DNA from: Candidatus Caldifonticola tengchongensis
Lineage (GTDB): Bacteria > Sysuimicrobiota > Sysuimicrobiia > Sysuimicrobiales > Sysuimicrobiaceae
Direction of reading: 5' to 3'
DNA length: 64,000 bases
Assembly: GCA_031432545.1 (NCBI GenBank)
Contig: JAVKGX010000001.1
Location: 6,411-70,410 of the forward strand
The position numbers and the translations under genes are program-made. The stretch's first letter is position 1. Each line of letters begins with the position of its first letter. This document shows, piece after piece, positions 59,842-64,000 of the stretch. The notes under the pieces are model-generated. The model did not search any database. It was not told the origin of the DNA and worked only from the letters and a program-made list of their open reading frames with translations.

Positions 59842-59873
59842 CGCCACGTTCCCGCAGCGGCCGCGGGTTCGGC

Positions 59874-60698
59874 TCAGGGCAGCGTGACGAAGTTCGCCAG
59901 AAACGCCCGCGCAGCCGGCGTGTCGACGCGATGGGTCTTGTTCGTCGCCAGGCACATCGCGTCGCCGGTCACCGTGATCGCGGCAACGATATTGGTCTCG
60001 TCCGCGCCGGCCCCCAAAAAGTTCGGGCCTCCCGAGTCCCCGTAGCAGGTCCCGCCATCACCGGTGTGCGCGTTCTGCGACAGCGTCAGCCATGCCGGCT
60101 GCAGCGAACGGAACTCCGACACCGACCGCCTGCGCTCACCAGAGAACGGGAACGTCGGCGGGCCACCTCCCAGTTGGGGTTCCTGTACGCCGTAGCCGAC
60201 GGCGGTGAACTTCTTGCCGCGCAGCCCGTTCTTGTCGTTCAACAGATCGAGCAATCCCGCCGCGGGGAGCGCGGCGGGCGCAATTCCCCCGACGGGCGCG
60301 TCGAGCACCACGACCGCGATGTCGCCGGGGTCGTCCTGGCGGAATGTGTAGTTCGGGTTCGTGTGCATCGTCCCCGATTGCAGCGCCGACTCGGGCGTCG
60401 TCTCGTCGTATCGCGAAACGAACGTCACCCAGACCTGGGTGATGCCCCGGGATTCCAGGAACGCGGTGCAGTGCGCCGCGGTCAGAAAGACATTCTGGGA
60501 GATCAGAGTGCCCGAGCACAGGATGTCCTTCTTGCCGGCCTGACGCCACTCTGCGACCAGCGCGCCGACGAAGGGATGCCCGTCGTCGTCGGGAGTGCCG
60601 TAGGTGATCTGGCTGGTCACCCGCGATACGGTCCCCGCACCACATCCCGCCGCGAGGAAGACCACGAGCACGCATGCCACCGCGCCCAACCCGCGCAT
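59874..60698 (-). CDS. trypsin-like (S1 family) serine protease lipoprotein
   Basis: Lipobox FLAAGC, catalytic His context TAAHC, Asp, and Ser context GDSGGP. Confidence 0.75.
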   Translation of the reverse strand: MRGLGAVACVLVVFLAAGCGAGTVSRVTSQITYGTPDDDGHPFVGALVAEWRQAGKKDILCSGTLISQNVFLTAAHCTAFLESRGITQVWVTFVSRYDETTPESALQSGTMHTNPNYTFRQDDPGDIAVVVLDAPVGGIAPAALPAAGLLDLLNDKNGLRGKKFTAVGYGVQEPQLGGGPPTFPFSGERRRSVSEFRSLQPAWLTLSQNAHTGDGGTCYGDSGGPNFLGAGADETNIVAAITVTGDAMCLATNKTHRVDTPAARAFLANFVTLP

Positions 60699-60783
60699 CC
60701 CAACACCCCCTCCCGTGGAGCTCTTCGACGCACCTACTTCGACGCACCTACAGAGTTTGTCGACCGGTCGGAGGTCTCCTGCG

Positions 60784-61584
60784 CTACGGTCTCCGGTCGG
60801 CCCGTAGGGCCTGTGCGAACGGCCGCAGGAAGGCCACCGCCGCCTCCACCGGGTCGCGTGCGTTCTCAAGCGCCTGATACAACGCGCTGGCGACGATGAC
60901 TCCGTCGGCGATCCGGGCGACGGTGCGGGCGTGATCGGGCGTCGAGATCCCGAAGCCGACGACCGCGGGCAGGTCGGTCACCTCGCGCACCCTCCCGATC
61001 AGTTTGCCGACCTCGTCGCCGAGGTGCTCGCGCGCGCCCGTGACCCCGGTCACCGACACGCAGTACAGAAAGCCCGTCGTCGCCTCGACGACGACCCGCA
61101 GTCTCTGCTCGGTGCTCGTGGGTGCCACGAGGAAGATCGTGTCGAGCCGGATCTCCCGCGCGGCCGCGATCAGCGAACCGGCCTCGTCGGCGGGGATGTC
61201 CGCGGCGATCACCCCGTCCACACCCGCGTCGGCGGCGTCCCGGACGAACCGTTCCACGCCGTAGGAGAGCAGCGGATTCGCGTACGACATCAGCGCGATC
61301 GGTACGTCGACCCCCACCCGCAGCCGGCGGACCAGATCGAGCGCGTCGGCCAGCCTCACGCCACGACGCAGCGCACGGAAGGCGGCCCCCTGCATCGTGG
61401 GCCCGTCGGCGATGGGATCCGAGAACGGCACACCCAGCTCCACGGCGTCCGCGCCGGATGCGACGATCGCCGGAACCATCTGCTCGATCGTAGGCAGGTC
61501 GGGGTAGCCCGTCTGGAGGAACGGCATGAGTGCCGCGCGGCGCTGCGAGCGGAGGGCGCAAAACATCTCCGAGAATCGGCTCAT
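60784..61584 (-). CDS. trpA: tryptophan synthase alpha chain
   Basis: TrpA TIM-barrel motifs ([19 protein letters not shown]). Confidence 0.9.
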   Translation of the reverse strand: MSRFSEMFCALRSQRRAALMPFLQTGYPDLPTIEQMVPAIVASGADAVELGVPFSDPIADGPTMQGAAFRALRRGVRLADALDLVRRLRVGVDVPIALMSYANPLLSYGVERFVRDAADAGVDGVIAADIPADEAGSLIAAAREIRLDTIFLVAPTSTEQRLRVVVEATTGFLYCVSVTGVTGAREHLGDEVGKLIGRVREVTDLPAVVGFGISTPDHARTVARIADGVIVASALYQALENARDPVEAAVAFLRPFAQALRADRRP

Positions 61585-62810
61585 GGCTCCCCGGCGTCAG
61601 CGCCCTTCGCCGGGGCAGCCTCGTGCCTGCGCACCGTTTCGACGTCCTTGTCGCCACGCCCGGACAGCCCCAGGAGGACGACGGCGTCTTGCCCCAGTTG
61701 CGGGGCCAGGGTTTCAAGGTAGGCGACGGCGTGCGCAGGCTCGAGCGCCGGGAGGATGCCCTCCAGCCCGGCCAGCAGGTAAAACCCCCGCAGCGCCTGC
61801 GCGTCGCTCACCGCCACGTACTCCGCCCGGCCGTTGTCCTTGAGGTAGGCGTGCTCGGGGCCCACGCCGGGGTAGTCGAGTCCAGCCGAGACGGAATGCG
61901 TGCCGAGGACCTGCCCGGATTCGTCCTGCAGCAGATACGTGTATGCGCCGTGCAGCACGCCCGGTGACCCCGCGGTCAGGCTGGCGGCGTGGCGGCCGGC
62001 TCCGAGGCCCGCCCCACCAGCCTCCACGCCGATCAAGCGGACTCTTTCATCCTCCACGAACGCCCTAAACAGCCCGATCGCGTTGCTGCCTCCGCCCACG
62101 CACGCCACCACCGCGTCGGGCAGCCGGCCTTCCCGCGCGAGGATCTGCTGTCGCGCCTCGCGTCCGATCACCGACTGGAAGTCGGCCACGATCCGCGGAT
62201 ACGGGTGCGGCCCCACCGCCGACCCGATGACGTAGAACGTGTCACGGACGTTGGTGACCCAGTCACGCAGCGCCTCGTTGATCGCGTCCTTCAATGTACG
62301 CGTGCCCACATCCACCGGGATCACGCGGGCGCCCAGAAGCTGCATCCGATAGACGTTGAGCGCCTGCCGCAGGGTGTCCTCACGCCCCATGTAGACCTCG
62401 CACGGCAGCCCCACCGTCGCCGCCGCGGTAGCCGTCGCCACGCCGTGCTGCCCTGCGCCCGTCTCGGCGATGATCCGCCGCTTGCCCATGCGCCGCGCGA
62501 GCAGCACCTGGCCCATGGCGTTGTTGATCTTGTGGGCACCGGTGTGCAGCAGGTCCTCGCGCTTGATGTACACTCGGACGCCGACGCGCTCGCTGAGCCT
62601 GCGGGCGAAGTACAGAGGCGTGGGACGGCCGCAGTAGTCCCGCAGCAGCGCCGTCAGTTCGTCCTGAAACCGGGGATCGACCGACAAGCGCGCATAAGAC
62701 CGCTCCAGTTCCTCCAGCGCCGGGATGAGCGTCTCCGGTACGTAGCGGCCCCCAAACGGCCCGAACCGTCCTCGGGCGTCGGGAAGCGGATGCGAGTGCG
62801 CCGCTTTCAT
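61581..62810 (-). CDS. trpB: tryptophan synthase beta chain
   Basis: PLP Lys motif (HTGAHKINN) and GGGSNA. Start at [11 protein letters not shown], overlapping the trpF stop. Confidence 0.9.
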   Translation of the reverse strand: MKAAHSHPLPDARGRFGPFGGRYVPETLIPALEELERSYARLSVDPRFQDELTALLRDYCGRPTPLYFARRLSERVGVRVYIKREDLLHTGAHKINNAMGQVLLARRMGKRRIIAETGAGQHGVATATAAATVGLPCEVYMGREDTLRQALNVYRMQLLGARVIPVDVGTRTLKDAINEALRDWVTNVRDTFYVIGSAVGPHPYPRIVADFQSVIGREARQQILAREGRLPDAVVACVGGGSNAIGLFRAFVEDERVRLIGVEAGGAGLGAGRHAASLTAGSPGVLHGAYTYLLQDESGQVLGTHSVSAGLDYPGVGPEHAYLKDNGRAEYVAVSDAQALRGFYLLAGLEGILPALEPAHAVAYLETLAPQLGQDAVVLLGLSGRGDKDVETVRRHEAAPAKGADAGEP

Positions 62811-63457
62811 CCCAGCGGCCTCCGACTCGGCGGCACGCCGCCCGGAGCCCAAGCCGCAACCGCGTCGGCGGCTCGGACCGCGGCGACGAACGCCGCGATC
62901 TTGGCGGGGTCTTTCTGGCCGTCTGTTTCCACCCCGCTGCTGACGTCCACCGCGTATGGCCGCACGCGGCGGATCGCGTCCCCGACGTTGGCCGCGGTCA
63001 GCCCGCCGGAGAGGATCAGTGGTCGACCCACGTCACCGGCCAGCGACCAGTCAAAGCTCCGACCGGTGCCCCCGACCATCCCCTCCAGGTAGGTGTCGAG
63101 CAAGATCGCGGCAACGTCGTAGTCGCGGGCTTGCTGCACCACGGTGCCGTCGCGCACCCGGAGGGCCTTGATCACCCGGCCGCCGATCCGCGCGCACACC
63201 GCAGGTGGCTCGTTCCCGTGAAGCTGGAGCGCATCCAGCCCGACGTCCCGGCGGATCCGGTCGATCCATTCGGGGTCCCCGTCGACGAACACGCCCACTC
63301 GCACGACAAACGGCGGCAACACCCGCGCGATCGCGGCCGCTTCCTCGGGAGACACCCTGCGGCGGCTACCCTCCCAGAAGACGAAGCCCACCGCGTCCGC
63401 CCCCGCGTCCGCCGCGGCCAGCGCGGCTGCGACCGTTCGGATGCCGCAGATCTTCAC
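62807..63457 (-). CDS. trpF: phosphoribosylanthranilate isomerase
   Basis: The KICGI N-terminus is typical of TrpF. GTG 63457 is preferred, because the upstream in-frame extension to 63541 is Pro-rich low-complexity. Confidence 0.75.
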   Translation of the reverse strand: MKICGIRTVAAALAAADAGADAVGFVFWEGSRRRVSPEEAAAIARVLPPFVVRVGVFVDGDPEWIDRIRRDVGLDALQLHGNEPPAVCARIGGRVIKALRVRDGTVVQQARDYDVAAILLDTYLEGMVGGTGRSFDWSLAGDVGRPLILSGGLTAANVGDAIRRVRPYAVDVSSGVETDGQKDPAKIAAFVAAVRAADAVAAWAPGGVPPSRRPLG

Positions 63458-63537
63458 CCTCGTCCAACGGCCCCGCGGCAGCCGGGGGCCCAGCGGGATC
63501 GGCTGAGGGGGGACGGCATGTGCGGCGTCGTTCGGGA

Positions 63538-64000
63538 TCACAGACCGCGCAGCCCCATGCGGGCCCGCACCTCGTCCATCGTCGCCTCCGCAATGGGGCG
63601 GGCCCGGCGGGCGCCCTCGGCGAGGACGTCGCGAACGACGTCGGGCGAACGCATCAACTCCTCGTAGCGCTGCCGGATGGGTGCGAAGGCCCGGATCATC
63701 GCCTCGGCCAGCACATCCTTCATCTCGCTGTACCGGATGGTGCCCTGCCGGTACGCATCCACGAACTCCGCGTGGCGCTCCGGCGCGAAGACTTCCAGCA
63801 GCGTGAAAAGGTTGGCAATGCCCGGGCTCGCATCCTCGATCTTCGAGCCCTTGGCCGGCGGACCGGGATCGGTGACGGCTGCCCGGATCTTCTTGCGGAT
63901 CGCCTCCGGTGGTTCCACCAACGCGATCACGCTGCCCGGCACGCTCTTGCTCATCTTCTTCGTGGGGTCGTTGAGCGCCATGACCCGGGCACCTTTAACC
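63538..64000 (-). CDS. trpS: tryptophan--tRNA ligase (C-terminal part; N-terminus beyond window)
   Basis: Class I aaRS KMSKS motif and the TrpRS C-terminal helical domain. The ORF is open to the window edge. Confidence 0.75.
   Translation of the reverse strand, partial: VKGARVMALNDPTKKMSKSVPGSVIALVEPPEAIRKKIRAAVTDPGPPAKGSKIEDASPGIANLFTLLEVFAPERHAEFVDAYRQGTIRYSEMKDVLAEAMIRAFAPIRQRYEELMRSPDVVRDVLAEGARRARPIAEATMDEVRARMGLRGL

Noticed and set aside
1-64000. CRISPR arrays, IS elements, integrases, prophage genes
   Set aside because: No repeat-spacer periodicity and no transposase, integrase or phage-like ORF is recognisable anywhere in the window.

Overview
This is a gene-dense, roughly 70% GC bacterial chromosomal segment carrying about 60 protein-coding genes and one tRNA. 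I found no transposase, integrase, phage gene or CRISPR array. The contents are mostly housekeeping and envelope functions:

- A near-complete shikimate-pathway cluster, aroE-aroC-aroK~aroB(fusion)-aroQ-aroH-aroA.
- A histidine-utilisation operon (MFS-hutH-hutU-hutG-hutI) ending convergently at a tRNA-Glu(UUC) with a genomically encoded CCA.
- A csoR-copA-copZ copper-efflux operon with a GC-rich inverted repeat at the csoR promoter.
- An RND tripartite pump (MFP-AcrB-like-TolC-like) directly followed by a MacA/MacB-type ABC efflux pair and an LTXXQ (Spy/CpxP-like) lipoprotein.
- A MoxR-DUF58-DUF4129 triad.
- A Lon-like (COG1067) protease.
- A lexA gene with two Cheo-like SOS boxes, translationally coupled to a 59-aa single-TM protein.
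- A trpS-trpF-trpB-trpA segment at the right edge.

The TolC-like outer-membrane protein and RND pump imply a diderm envelope. Lineage cannot be assigned from sequence alone.

There are several signs of decay or unusual architecture. A family-5 substrate-binding-protein gene is N-terminally truncated and sits beside DppB/DppC-like permeases that have no ATPase genes, abutting the cop locus. A GNAT acetyltransferase is frameshifted. A rhomboid-like protein appears to have lost both catalytic residues. A 458-aa protein combines a coiled-coil N-terminus with a NYN nuclease domain. The NDK homologue carries a roughly 45-aa insertion.

Many long ORFs in the six-frame track are antisense or alternate-frame artefacts of the high GC content and were rejected. 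I did not find a clear multi-gene system of obviously novel type. The best candidates for follow-up are the lexA-coupled small membrane protein, the NYN/coiled-coil protein and the pseudo-rhomboid. Gene starts in the track can be GTG/TTG printed as M; I re-derived several from the sequence.
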